Assembly: GCA_943356745.1 (NCBI GenBank)
Contig: CALRFT010000001.1
Coordinates: forward strand, 139,984-203,983
Length of the DNA stretch: 64,000 bases
Direction of reading: 5' to 3'
Origin: Parcubacteria group bacterium
Lineage (GTDB): Bacteria > Patescibacteriota > Minisyncoccia > Phycocordibacterales > CSBR16-119
Shown here in pieces: positions 37,257 to 46,487 of the stretch (positions are counted from its first letter, which is position 1; every line of letters starts with the position of its first letter). The notes below the pieces were generated by a model. The model did no database searches. It had not been told where the DNA came from and saw only the letters and a list, made by a program, of their open reading frames with translations. The position numbers were made by a program, and so were the translations under genes.

Positions 37257-38315
37257 CTAGCAATACTTCTTAACAATACGAGATATTTCTTCTTCATTTA
37301 CAAGACTTCTAAACAGCTGTCTAATCAATTGTTCTCTTACAGAAGAAGAGATAGATTCAGCAGGCTCTTCAAATAAATCACCTTTTTTCTGCCAAGAATC
37401 TAATGCCTTTGAAAGAACATCCTGACTCATTGAAACTAAAATAATATCATCAACGTCCAAAGCTCTATTTTTTGCCTTATTGATTTGATCCTGTTTATAT
37501 TCAAGCTTTGAATTATTAACCGTAAACTGAATCCCAACGGTTTGGGAAATATTTTCATCTGCCTCAATTCCTACTCCTCGTTTTTTTGATGTTGCTTCGA
37601 TAATGAAATCAATCTTTTCTGATACATCCTGGTAAGGGTTTGCGGGGTGAATTGAAATCTTCAAATCTTGCATCTCTGCAGAAATACGAGTCAAAAAACT
37701 TCTCACCACCCGCTCAGCCTGAGACCCAAGTGATTCACGAACTCCGTTTGTTTCTTGCTCAAAACGATCTGCAAGTTTTGAATATGCCTCAGAGAGAAAC
37801 ACATCTTGTTTTCTTTCTCGCTGGGATTGTATTCTTGCAATTGTAGGAGAAAAAATATTTGCTGTTTGTTCTTTTACCCATGCTTTCCGATACGCACTCT
37901 TCATTTGCTTATACTCAAAAGACATATTCTCAACATCTTCAAAAGAAAAATTCTTTCCCCAAATAGGAGCAACTGAGAAATAACTTTTAGGTACCACTCG
38001 CCCATCATCTGCCTTGAATTCTTTTTTGTGCTTATCATAAGAAACTCTTGAACCTTTTTGCCCAAATTCCAGGAGAGATTCTTCAAGTTTTTGTTTTGTT
38101 TTTTCAAATATTTCTATTTCTTCATCTGTTTCCGGTTTCCACCCTGAGCAAAACTCATGTACGTAAGTGTCAATCTCTCGAGGTTCTGCTTCTGGTTTTG
38201 AAATACTTTCTATTTTTGGCATTATTTCTTTCATAGTGAGATTATACCAGCGAACTAAACAAAAAAGCCAGGATTTTTCCTTACGGAAAAATCCTGGCTC
38301 ATCATAGTTTACCAC
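37257..38315 (-). CDS. Hypothetical protein
   Basis: Intact 352-aa ORF. Likely start at MKEIMPK (38235). Confidence 0.4.
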   Translation of the reverse strand: MVNYDEPGFFRKEKSWLFCLVRWYNLTMKEIMPKIESISKPEAEPREIDTYVHEFCSGWKPETDEEIEIFEKTKQKLEESLLEFGQKGSRVSYDKHKKEFKADDGRVVPKSYFSVAPIWGKNFSFEDVENMSFEYKQMKSAYRKAWVKEQTANIFSPTIARIQSQRERKQDVFLSEAYSKLADRFEQETNGVRESLGSQAERVVRSFLTRISAEMQDLKISIHPANPYQDVSEKIDFIIEATSKKRGVGIEADENISQTVGIQFTVNNSKLEYKQDQINKAKNRALDVDDIILVSMSQDVLSKALDSWQKKGDLFEEPAESISSSVREQLIRQLFRSLVNEEEISRIVKKYC

Positions 38316-38623
38316 TACGCAACTTGCTTAAACTCTGACGCAAGTAAAGAAATGGTTGTGTTAAACACTTCTTTAGCCTGTTCAGGCTTATTTTTTTTCA
38401 GCGCCCAATACTTTTTATTAAGTTCTGATACATTGTGTTTACGGAAAATTTCTACCATTTCTGATTCTCGTTTTTTAGGACGATACACATGCTCATGGTT
38501 TGAAAAACAGAGATTGAATACCTGTTTATTTAGTGTGTCTTTTGGTTTAATACCAACTAGTCTCTTAATGAGATTGTAAGCAGCTGTTCTGGTGTAAACA
38601 CCATCATCTTGAGTTGAAACCAT
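38315..38623 (-). CDS. Hypothetical protein
   Basis: 102-aa ORF whose stop overlaps the downstream gene start. Confidence 0.3.
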   Translation of the reverse strand: MVSTQDDGVYTRTAAYNLIKRLVGIKPKDTLNKQVFNLCFSNHEHVYRPKKRESEMVEIFRKHNVSELNKKYWALKKNKPEQAKEVFNTTISLLASEFKQVA

Positions 38624-38729
38624 AGGGCGTATTGATTTTGGTTAGACAAAAAACTTTTTAAATATATTACCACGAACAAACGAAAAAGCAACCTGATTCA
38701 AAACTTGTTATTTTTGATATAATTCCTAT

Positions 38730-39365
38730 ATGAAAAAAATTATTGCGCTTTCTTGCTCACCTTCCCGTGGAAGAAACTCAGATACAATACTCGATGCTTT
38801 TATGTATGGTGCAGAAAAAAATAAGGATCTTCTTATAGAAAAAATGTATCTTTCTGATATTCCAATTGACTACTACACCTATGAAAATAGCACAGGCACA
38901 CTTCCTCACGAAACTAAGTTCAAAGAGCTAGTCGAAAAAATCCAATCAGCGGACGGACTCGTGATCGCAACACCAACATACAACTTCTCTGTCCCAGCCC
39001 ACCTCAAAAACTTCATCGACAGATCACGGTTTTTCGCTCTTGATATGAACAAAAAAAATACACTTGGTCAGCCAGTTGGGAAACTGAACTATCTTGGAAC
39101 ATATTTTCTTGTTTCTGGAGGAACACCAAAATGGGCAGAAACAATTTTATTTTTTGCATATCCTCCTTTTTGGCTTCGAGGAGTTTTTCTCTATTTTGGA
39201 GCAAAGGTATTTGGCGCATACTACACTGGAGATGTTCATGCTTTTAAAAACAAACAAGTTCTTGCGATCTGTAAAAAAAGAGGCCAGCGTTTTGGAGAAC
39301 AAATTCTCACAGGAAAGAAACATGGAATCTTGGAGCGAATATTCTGGCGTCCACCACAGGTTTAA
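38730..39365 (+). CDS. NAD(P)H-dependent FMN reductase / flavodoxin-fold oxidoreductase
   Basis: MKKIIALSCSPSRGRNSDT and LVIATPTYNFSVPAHLKNFIDR. Confidence 0.6.
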   Translation: MKKIIALSCSPSRGRNSDTILDAFMYGAEKNKDLLIEKMYLSDIPIDYYTYENSTGTLPHETKFKELVEKIQSADGLVIATPTYNFSVPAHLKNFIDRSRFFALDMNKKNTLGQPVGKLNYLGTYFLVSGGTPKWAETILFFAYPPFWLRGVFLYFGAKVFGAYYTGDVHAFKNKQVLAICKKRGQRFGEQILTGKKHGILERIFWRPPQV

Positions 39366-39499
39366 TATATAATCTCACTTGATAGGAAAAGCGTGGCAAG
39401 CTGCGATAAGCTGTGAAATCTGGAGCACGCATCCATATAGATCACAGATTCTTTTCATCATGAGTGAACAGAAACATCTCAGTAACTCGTAAAACATCA

Positions 39500-39540
39500 A
39501 AAAACCCTCTTTGTAACACAAAGAGGGTTTTTATATTTTA
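39500..39540 (+). terminator. Intrinsic terminator
   Basis: AAAAAACCCTCTTTGTAACACAAAGAGGGTTTTTAT. A second terminator lies at 39599..39635 (TGTCCACCTAAAAAGGTGGACA). Confidence 0.65.
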
Positions 39541-39874
39541 CAGTCGATATAAAAATAAAAAAAGAAAAACTAAATTAATATAAGTTAATCAAACTATAAA
39601 AAATGTCCACCTAAAAAGGTGGACATAAATTTTTAGGCAAGGATATTTCTTTTCCAGTGAAATTCCTAAAAACACCGAGCTTCATAGAGAAATTTACGAT
39701 TAGAATTTATCGTTTAATGAACCTGCTTTTGACATATTCACTCGGTTTTGCCTAAATTTTCATGTTAACTCTAACACAAAGATTACTGTAGATCAAGAAA
39801 TTCCTGAAGCCTATTTAAGTATCAAAAAATCACCTTGATTTATAAACTGATTTTAAGGACTCTCAGAGCTTAGC

Positions 39875-40594
39875 TTAGTTAAAAAACTTTTGAATAGAAA
39901 AAATATTAATTAAGTTTTTTGTTTTTAGAGAAAAATACATTAGCCAGTGATATGCCATTGCTATTGGCACTAGAAAAAATGGTATAGCCCCGAGTGGAAA
40001 AATATTAACAGCATGAATTTCGCCTTGAGCAAAAACCTGAAATGGTATTTCCGAACTCAAGAAACCAAAAGTAAAGGCAGATACAAAATCTAAAACACCA
40101 AAAATAATCAAAAGATAGAATGCTGATTTTGATGGATTTGTATTTGAAACAAGTTGCACAAACAAGGTTAAGGCGACAGTTCCTACAACAATATCACCAA
40201 TTCCAGCGACATTAGCAAACTCAACCCCAACTAAATTTCGCGCTGACTCCATCAAGAATAAGAAGCCGATGAGACGAAAAATTTGTAAACCAGTAAGCCA
40301 ACGTAAATTTAATCCATTTCCTACAAAATATTTTTTCCAAAATACAACAATCAGCGATGGCCAAAGAAGATTTACAACCAAAAGAAGCGGAACCCCGAGA
40401 GGTTCTGAAATATTAAACTGCCATCGAAATATTGTAAAAAGCATAATAATCCCCCAAATTATTACACCAGATGTTATAGATACAGACTTTTTAAGACCAT
40501 GACCAGAATAATAGTAGGTTCCAAAAATCAAATACGGCACCACAAGCAGTGTTAAGATGATAACAACATACGAAAGTATAGAAAAATCAAGCAT
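39875..40594 (-). CDS. Polytopic membrane protein, hypothetical
   Basis: About 7 hydrophobic helices. Confidence 0.35.
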   Translation of the reverse strand: MLDFSILSYVVIILTLLVVPYLIFGTYYYSGHGLKKSVSITSGVIIWGIIMLFTIFRWQFNISEPLGVPLLLVVNLLWPSLIVVFWKKYFVGNGLNLRWLTGLQIFRLIGFLFLMESARNLVGVEFANVAGIGDIVVGTVALTLFVQLVSNTNPSKSAFYLLIIFGVLDFVSAFTFGFLSSEIPFQVFAQGEIHAVNIFPLGAIPFFLVPIAMAYHWLMYFSLKTKNLINIFSIQKFFN

Positions 40595-40947
40595 TATATT
40601 AATATGAAATTAATAATCCAAGTAACTAGTAATAAAATTGCAATTGCGATATTTGATAAGATAACAGGATTCTGTAGATCTTTCACAAAAAGTACTGAAA
40701 GTATTTTGTAAATAATCTGTAAAGGAAACAGTACAAAAGCAATAGTAAATGTCCAATGTGAGAAAAGAAGCGCCAGAAGACTTATACCAGCTATGGAAAT
40801 ATATAGTGAACCTAATATTTTAGAAGAAGGTGAAGAAATACCGTAGGGTTTTTCGGTAACTTTTTGAGAATAATTCACGGAAAGCAAAAAGCCAAAATAT
40901 CCAGCGACTAAAATGTTTACAGCGAGACAAATAATAATTAAAAACAT
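40594..40947 (-). CDS. Small membrane protein, hypothetical
   Basis: Four hydrophobic helices. Its start overlaps the stop of the downstream gene. Confidence 0.3.
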   Translation of the reverse strand: MFLIIICLAVNILVAGYFGFLLSVNYSQKVTEKPYGISSPSSKILGSLYISIAGISLLALLFSHWTFTIAFVLFPLQIIYKILSVLFVKDLQNPVILSNIAIAILLLVTWIINFILI

Positions 40948-41026
40948 AGTGTAAATTATTATACATGAATTTCGAGCTGAGACACAAGAAAAAAGCCTAG
41001 CGTAATGCTAGACTTTTTTCTTATTG

Positions 41027-41098
41027 CTCCCCGACTTGGATTCGAACCAAGGACCTACCGGTTAACAGCCGGTTGCTCTACCGCTGAGCTATCGGGGA
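41027..41098 (-). tRNA. tRNA-Asn (GTT); CCA not encoded
   Basis: Reverse complement folds as TCCCCGA-TA-GCTC-AGCGGTA-GAGC-A-ACCGG-CTGTTAA-CCGGT-AGGTC-CTTGG-TTCGAAT-CCAAG-TCGGGGA-G. Anticodon GUU. Confidence 0.85.
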
Positions 41099-41213
41099 AT
41101 GTTTTATATTTTAAATATATTTTCAAATAGTGATCGGAAGCAACCGGCTGGCGAATTTCTTTCAGAAATTCTTTAAACAGCCTGTTCGAAGTGACATTGT
41201 CACTTCTCACCTT

Positions 41214-41235
41214 TACCGCTGAGCTATCGGGGAAT
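41214..41235 (-). other. 22-nt direct duplicate of the tRNA-Asn 5' end (acceptor plus D arm); degenerate pseudo-tRNA remnant
   Basis: TACCGCTGAGCTATCGGGGAAT is identical at 41079..41100 and 41214..41235. The intervening 113 nt contain anticodon-arm-like fragments (CAACCGGCTG) but no intact cloverleaf. Confidence 0.45.
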
Positions 41236-41281
41236 ATAAACAAAATCCTCTTAATAAAAAGGACTCTCAAATAATACAAAA

Positions 41282-41330
41282 AAAGAGTAAAAAATGCAAG
41301 AAAGGCCGAACCCAAAGGGTTCGGCCTTGT
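41282..41330 (-). terminator. Intrinsic terminator after PorP/SprF-like gene
   Basis: AGGCCGAACCCAAAGGGTTCGGCCT hairpin followed by a T-rich run on the minus strand. Confidence 0.6.
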
Positions 41331-41331
41331 T

Positions 41332-42105
41332 TTACCTAAAATTTTGCTGAATACCAAAAGACATTCCTTTTTGCATCCCAAATTTCTGCTCAGGAAAACG
41401 AGTCTCTTGAAACGGAAACTGTCCTTGAAATGTTGAACAATATAGAAGTGTATTTTTATAAAGCACAGATCCAAAAAATCCATACCCATACAAACCATCA
41501 TATTGCGTCCCACATTCAAACCGACTTGTTTTTGTTTGATACACACGAAGTGTTGCAATCCCTGATCCGTACCAACCAAAATTTCCAAAATCATATTCAG
41601 ACAAAAATCTGAAACGAAAAAGTTGATTTAATATCTGTGGAGTAAATCCACACTCAAAACCAAGCATTGGAATATTTTCAGAAAACAATTTTGTGTGAGC
41701 CCTCACTTCCCCATTATTCATTCGATATATTTCATATCCGAAACGAACACTTGCATACCAAACTGGTCTTGAATACTGGTATCCAAGATACATTTTTGAA
41801 CGAAGTAAAGAAAGATTCATTCCCAAGACACCGTCGTGTGAGAAAAGACTGTCGGAGACAATTCGCACTCTGGTGTCGAGAATAAAATTTCCAACACCAA
41901 TTTTTTTTGGATCATTCTGAAGTAATTTTTTCCTAAAATTATCTTCAGGAATAGGCGACAATTTCACCGAACCAAAACGAATACCGGTAGTAATTTGAAA
42001 GGTATCCGAAGATGCATCAAATGGCAAAAAATTGTAAGAAATATCTTGAGCTTTACCAAAAAGCCCTAAGAAAATAATAAGCAATAATACAAAGAACTTT
42101 TTCAT
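41332..42105 (-). CDS. Outer-membrane beta-barrel-like protein, PorP/SprF-like (tentative)
   Basis: Signal peptide MKKFFVLLLIIFLGLFGKAQD. Alternating aromatic/glycine-rich strands. Located immediately downstream of a T9SS-CTD cargo gene. Start set at 42105 because a terminator hairpin occupies 42141..42174. Confidence 0.4.
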   Translation of the reverse strand: MKKFFVLLLIIFLGLFGKAQDISYNFLPFDASSDTFQITTGIRFGSVKLSPIPEDNFRKKLLQNDPKKIGVGNFILDTRVRIVSDSLFSHDGVLGMNLSLLRSKMYLGYQYSRPVWYASVRFGYEIYRMNNGEVRAHTKLFSENIPMLGFECGFTPQILNQLFRFRFLSEYDFGNFGWYGSGIATLRVYQTKTSRFECGTQYDGLYGYGFFGSVLYKNTLLYCSTFQGQFPFQETRFPEQKFGMQKGMSFGIQQNFR

Positions 42106-42190
42106 AGTAAACCTCCTTTTTGTTGAGTATATCACAAAAGAAAAACCCTTTGCATTTGCAAAGGGTTTTAAAAATCTCATTCTCTTTTTC

Positions 42191-44254
42191 TTACAACTTC
42201 AACTTGGAAGTTGTTCGACTATTCCCATTATAACCAACAAAGAGGTAAATACCTTCTGAAAGATTTGGATTGAGAACTTCACCACGCGAGAAATTTTGAA
42301 GCTTTTGACCAGCGAGATTAATTATCTCTACACGATCGAAACGTTCAATAGAAAATCCAAATTCTTGAATTCCAATTTCTTCAACTGAAACAATTTCCTG
42401 ATAGGTATGGATTGAAATATCTGTTGTATACAATACAACATTGGTACCAGTATCGTACAACTCAGCCCAGAACATATGAGTTCCATACAGTCCCGCCAAA
42501 CTGTAATCAAAAGATGTATATTGATTTGAAACAGTCACATCCATAATTTCAACAGTAGGATTTGTTGGGCTATCGTGATATACACGAAGACCCACAGAGT
42601 TAAAGTCACCAAGATCATAATACATGAACAAAGTAACTAGCATACTCATATCCCAGTTCACAGAAAAGTTTGTAAACTCCGGCTCAACAGGCTCATCAGA
42701 AAGTGTTGTAAACGACAGTGAGAAATTTGTATTAAAATACTGTCCTTCTGCATACAAAACTCCAAGATAGACATAGGTCATGCCCGGTTCGAGATTTGTA
42801 AGTTGAATCAAATAATTTGAACTCATTTCTGTATTAACAGAAAGAGGTGTCCAAACCGTATCAACTCCTACAAGGATAATTCCAACCATGGCTTCTTCTA
42901 CACATCCACCAAAATTCACATATGCCAACTGCACATATGCAGAAGTTGTTGTGATATTAGTAGCGGTCTCAAGAATATGTGTTGGATTACTTGAACATGC
43001 TGGAACTGTTTCGAGTGTAGCAGAAACCAAACAAGCGTTTGATTCAAGAACAACCTCAACAATTCCACTCGAATACGAACTGATTTGAACTGGAAGCTCA
43101 AAGACTGCCGGGTTTTGTGTCGGGACAATTTGCCCCACAAGTGAATCACCTACGTAATAGAGAAGCTTAGTATTCCCAGCATTGTCATCATTCCAGGTCG
43201 TGACAGCTTCATAGAAACCATTCCCAAGATCATTCAGATCAAGACCGACGGTCGGGTTAGCTGTTAATGCAACATCAACAATAGTTGAAATGGGATTCAT
43301 TTCAAAATTGTCGTTTGAAGCAGACACACTCACACGCCACGCTGGTGCATTTGGAAGATTAAACAAAATTGGAACTGAAACAAGGGAATCAATAATAATT
43401 TCATTGGTAAAGTTGAAAGAATATTCTTCATAAGGTTCAAAAGAACCGCCACAAAGCATTTTTTCAACCGACACAACAAATTCAGAATTCGGACCTCCCG
43501 AGTTCACAACTGTCAGATTTACAAACAAGCTGTCATTTTCGGCTGTCGCTGTAAGGGTAACATCTGGCACAGATGCAACAAAGCTATCCATGACTCCGGA
43601 TTCACATTCTTGAAGAAACATAATACTTGTTCCATTGTAAATCTCTGGATTACAAACTTCATATGTTTGTCCAGCAGAAATTTCAAGAGTATCAGCATAT
43701 GTTCCAACTCCAAACACTTCAACTGTTTGTAAAAAAGGGGTACCCCCATCAATGGAAGTAAACCAATACAAAGCAGCAGGTGCTCCACCAGAGTTGTAAT
43801 CGAAAGAAACAACAATCCCAAGATCAACAATTTCTGTTACTTGAAATTGAACAGAGACAGGACCAGCACAAGGAAAACTCCATGAAATCATATTGGATTG
43901 AATTGTATCTTGCCCGGAAAGCCAGACATTAACATATCCATTCCAAAGTGAATCACAGTCAACAACAATATCCTGAAAGGTATACTGCTCTGAATATCCA
44001 AGTGCGAGGTTTGATTGAACTGCGGTTGAGGTTGTATCTCCTGAAGAAAAATAGTGGAACTGTGCATTTACAGTCTGTCCTGCCGGAGCTTGAATCCAAA
44101 GAGAAATATCTGAGTAGATATTAAACTGTGTAGAAACACTCGGTTGAACAGTAATGTTCTGCGCTCGAGCCTGAAACACCAAAACAATACAAAGCATTGC
44201 AATGGTAAAAAATTTCTCAAAAGAGAATAAGGGTGTCAAAGAACTTTTTTTCAT
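42191..44254 (-). CDS. Large secreted surface protein with T9SS-type C-terminal sorting domain (Por_Secre_tail-like)
   Basis: Signal peptide. The C-terminal ~60 aa (VEIINLAGQKLQNFSRGEVLNPNLSEGIYLFVGYNGNSRTTSKLKL) match the type-A T9SS CTD pattern (..G..YLV.....G...T.KL.K). Confidence 0.5.
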   Translation of the reverse strand: MKKSSLTPLFSFEKFFTIAMLCIVLVFQARAQNITVQPSVSTQFNIYSDISLWIQAPAGQTVNAQFHYFSSGDTTSTAVQSNLALGYSEQYTFQDIVVDCDSLWNGYVNVWLSGQDTIQSNMISWSFPCAGPVSVQFQVTEIVDLGIVVSFDYNSGGAPAALYWFTSIDGGTPFLQTVEVFGVGTYADTLEISAGQTYEVCNPEIYNGTSIMFLQECESGVMDSFVASVPDVTLTATAENDSLFVNLTVVNSGGPNSEFVVSVEKMLCGGSFEPYEEYSFNFTNEIIIDSLVSVPILFNLPNAPAWRVSVSASNDNFEMNPISTIVDVALTANPTVGLDLNDLGNGFYEAVTTWNDDNAGNTKLLYYVGDSLVGQIVPTQNPAVFELPVQISSYSSGIVEVVLESNACLVSATLETVPACSSNPTHILETATNITTTSAYVQLAYVNFGGCVEEAMVGIILVGVDTVWTPLSVNTEMSSNYLIQLTNLEPGMTYVYLGVLYAEGQYFNTNFSLSFTTLSDEPVEPEFTNFSVNWDMSMLVTLFMYYDLGDFNSVGLRVYHDSPTNPTVEIMDVTVSNQYTSFDYSLAGLYGTHMFWAELYDTGTNVVLYTTDISIHTYQEIVSVEEIGIQEFGFSIERFDRVEIINLAGQKLQNFSRGEVLNPNLSEGIYLFVGYNGNSRTTSKLKL

Positions 44255-44353
44255 TTTTTAATTGTTTTAAATAAATTTTGGGTTTTGCAATTTATAGCAT
44301 TTTTTACATATTTTGTCAATAGAAAACACAGGTTTCTAGAACCTGTGTTTTAT

Positions 44354-45076
44354 TTATATATCTTTATTTTTAAGTGCTTTTTTCCTTTCTTTAAAATCTT
44401 GAATCCAAATTCTTGGGAGAGAATATGCGTTTTCAATGGCAAATTCCCCCACTTTCATACGTCGAAGACTTGCTAGAGTTGCTGGAAAACCAAGACGAAC
44501 CCCAAGCTCTTCTGCTAACGATCGAATATACGTTCCCTTGGAAACAAAAAATCGAACTCTCACATAGACAAAACCTTCTTGTTCAAAAATATCTAAAAGA
44601 TTTGCTTGATATACTTTCATTTCTCGAACCGGACTTTCAATATCTTTTCCTTCACGTGCATATTGATATAGTGGCTTCCCGTCTTTTTTCAAAGCAGAAA
44701 AAACTGAAACCGGAAGTGTTTGAATACCTTCCAAAGACAAAACTTTTTCTTCAATTTCTTTTTTTGAGTATGAGATATCTTTTTGTTCTTCCAAAATCTC
44801 ACCCTCCAAATCCCCTGTTGTTGTTTTTTTACCAAGCAAAATATCTGCAATATAGACCTTATCCAAACCAACAAGATCAGCTAACTTTTTCGTTCCTTTA
44901 CCTATACCAAGAACGAGAACACCAGTCGCTCTTGGATCTAAAGTTCCAGCATGACCAATTTTGATTTTTCCAAAATGTTTTTGAATAATCCGAATCACAT
45001 CAAAAGAAGAAATACCGAAGGGTTTATCCATTACAAGAATCTCTGGCAATATTTGATTTTCTTGAATTATATTCAT
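44354..45076 (-). CDS. truB: tRNA pseudouridine(55) synthase
   Basis: DKPFGISSFDVIRIIQKHFG..KIGHAGTLDPRATGVLVLGIG. Confidence 0.85.
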   Translation of the reverse strand: MNIIQENQILPEILVMDKPFGISSFDVIRIIQKHFGKIKIGHAGTLDPRATGVLVLGIGKGTKKLADLVGLDKVYIADILLGKKTTTGDLEGEILEEQKDISYSKKEIEEKVLSLEGIQTLPVSVFSALKKDGKPLYQYAREGKDIESPVREMKVYQANLLDIFEQEGFVYVRVRFFVSKGTYIRSLAEELGVRLGFPATLASLRRMKVGEFAIENAYSLPRIWIQDFKERKKALKNKDI

Positions 45077-45100
45077 GTACACATTAGCTTACATTAAAAA

Positions 45101-45133
45101 AAGCGGTTCGCAAATGCGAACCGCTCTCCACCC
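45101..45133 (-). terminator. Intrinsic terminator after lipoprotein gene
   Basis: AGCGGTTCGCAAATGCGAACCGCT hairpin with T-run on the minus strand. Confidence 0.6.
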
Positions 45134-45146
45134 AAAAACTCGAAGG

Positions 45147-45767
45147 TTAGTTGCCACCGGCTTCTTGACCTGGAGTTTTAACTCCTGAAACAACTTTTCC
45201 TGAGCCCTTCTTAATTTCACCAACAACAAGAAAATATTGTTTGTAATCTTGAGGAAGAGAATACTTTGCTTTTTGATAAGTAACAAAAGGTTTACCTTTC
45301 ACTAAACCATCCGGCACAATCACAACTCGAAGACTGTCATCATACTCAGCAGTCAAAGAAGACAAGCCGAGTTCAGGATCATAACTTTCCTCCTCCCATG
45401 TAATCTGGAAAGAAGCATCTTTACGAAGCGCTGATTCAGCATTTGAAAATTTACCGAGCTTAGTCGCGGGAAAACGAACTGTTTTATCATTCAACAAAAC
45501 GAGATTTCCGTCTCCATTCACTTTATAAACTCCGTTTCCTGGTTCTTCAACCAATGTGAGTGTTAGTTCCTTTTCAAAACGAAAACGAACATTAGCAACA
45601 TCAGAAGGATTAATTGACTGAAGAAGAGGTAGGGTAAGTTTTACAAGCGCAGGTTTTTCACCAGTGTTTTCTTTTTTTGTTGCGGTAGTATCTTTTGAAC
45701 CACTACAAGCAACTAAGAATGCTGTAACCAAAAAGGCTACAAAGTAAGAGAAAATTTTCTTATTCAT
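45147..45767 (-). CDS. Hypothetical lipoprotein
   Basis: Lipobox LVACSG after a signal peptide. Confidence 0.4.
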   Translation of the reverse strand: MNKKIFSYFVAFLVTAFLVACSGSKDTTATKKENTGEKPALVKLTLPLLQSINPSDVANVRFRFEKELTLTLVEEPGNGVYKVNGDGNLVLLNDKTVRFPATKLGKFSNAESALRKDASFQITWEEESYDPELGLSSLTAEYDDSLRVVIVPDGLVKGKPFVTYQKAKYSLPQDYKQYFLVVGEIKKGSGKVVSGVKTPGQEAGGN

Positions 45768-45837
45768 TTTTCTGTGTATTTTTAAGGTTCTATTTGTTTT
45801 GCATACATATTATCATATATATACAAATTTGTCAATA

Positions 45838-46443
45838 CTATACAATAGACTTCAGAAAAGATATTCGATGTTCTTCAACTGTCCCAAAATCTCGAATCGC
45901 CTTAATATGCAAGGCTGTTCCATACCCCTTATGCGCATCAAATCCATAATGTGGGTACTTTTTATGAAGATCAGACATATATTCATCACGAAGAACCTTT
46001 GCAATAATTGAAGCAAAGGATATAACGCTTTCCTTTTCATCTCCTTTAACGATTGTCTGCTGGGCAAATTCGGGAGGAAGAGAAAGTCCTCCATCAAGAA
46101 GTACTAAAGTATCCTTTCTCGTATCTTCAGAAACCAAGGCTCTGGTTGCGTGTTCTACGGCATATTTAATACAAACAGCAATACCTTTTGAATCAATCTC
46201 CGAAGCGGGCGCTTTTGCAAGACTATATGACACAAGGCCCTCTTTTTTCTTTTGAAGTAAATATGAAAACCATTTTTGACGCATTTTTTCAGTGAGTTTT
46301 TTTGAATCTCGAATCGGCAAATCAGTACCTTGGACAATATCTTCCAAAAATTCAACAGGAATCTTACAAGCGCACACATATACAGGCCCTGCAAGTGGTC
46401 CTCTTCCAACCTCATCAACTCCGACAATATATTTGTAGTTCAT
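45838..46443 (-). CDS. rnhB: Ribonuclease HII
   Basis: GVDEVGRGPLAGPVYVCAC and DSKKLT motifs. Confidence 0.85.
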   Translation of the reverse strand: MNYKYIVGVDEVGRGPLAGPVYVCACKIPVEFLEDIVQGTDLPIRDSKKLTEKMRQKWFSYLLQKKKEGLVSYSLAKAPASEIDSKGIAVCIKYAVEHATRALVSEDTRKDTLVLLDGGLSLPPEFAQQTIVKGDEKESVISFASIIAKVLRDEYMSDLHKKYPHYGFDAHKGYGTALHIKAIRDFGTVEEHRISFLKSIV

Positions 46444-46487
46444 GCAATATCTATCCTACCATGAGCTAGTGGTATAATAAACAAACG

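Noticed and set aside
39380-39470. Locally GC-richer stretch (GAAAAGCGTGGCAAGCTGCGATAAGCTGTGAAATCTGGAGCACGCATCC) considered as an ncRNA or 5S remnant
   Set aside because: No match to 5S or tRNA consensus, no convincing secondary structure, and no flanking promoter or terminator logic. The evidence is insufficient.
41101-41330. tRNA-Asn duplicate interpreted as a prophage or ICE attachment site
   Set aside because: Only 113 nt separate the repeats and no integrase or phage genes are adjacent. It is recorded as a possible scar or pseudo-tRNA rather than a mobile element.
44413-44964. 183-aa plus-strand ORF, plus many other 60-120 aa ORFs listed in the track (e.g. 953..1192, 3584..3862, 7090..7398, 24210..24801, 47307..47892)
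   Set aside because: They lie antisense to, or in alternative frames inside, strongly supported genes (truB, murD-like, the TraD-like ATPase, the M23 peptidase, dnaE). They are low-complexity translations of AT-rich antisense sequence and have no independent support.
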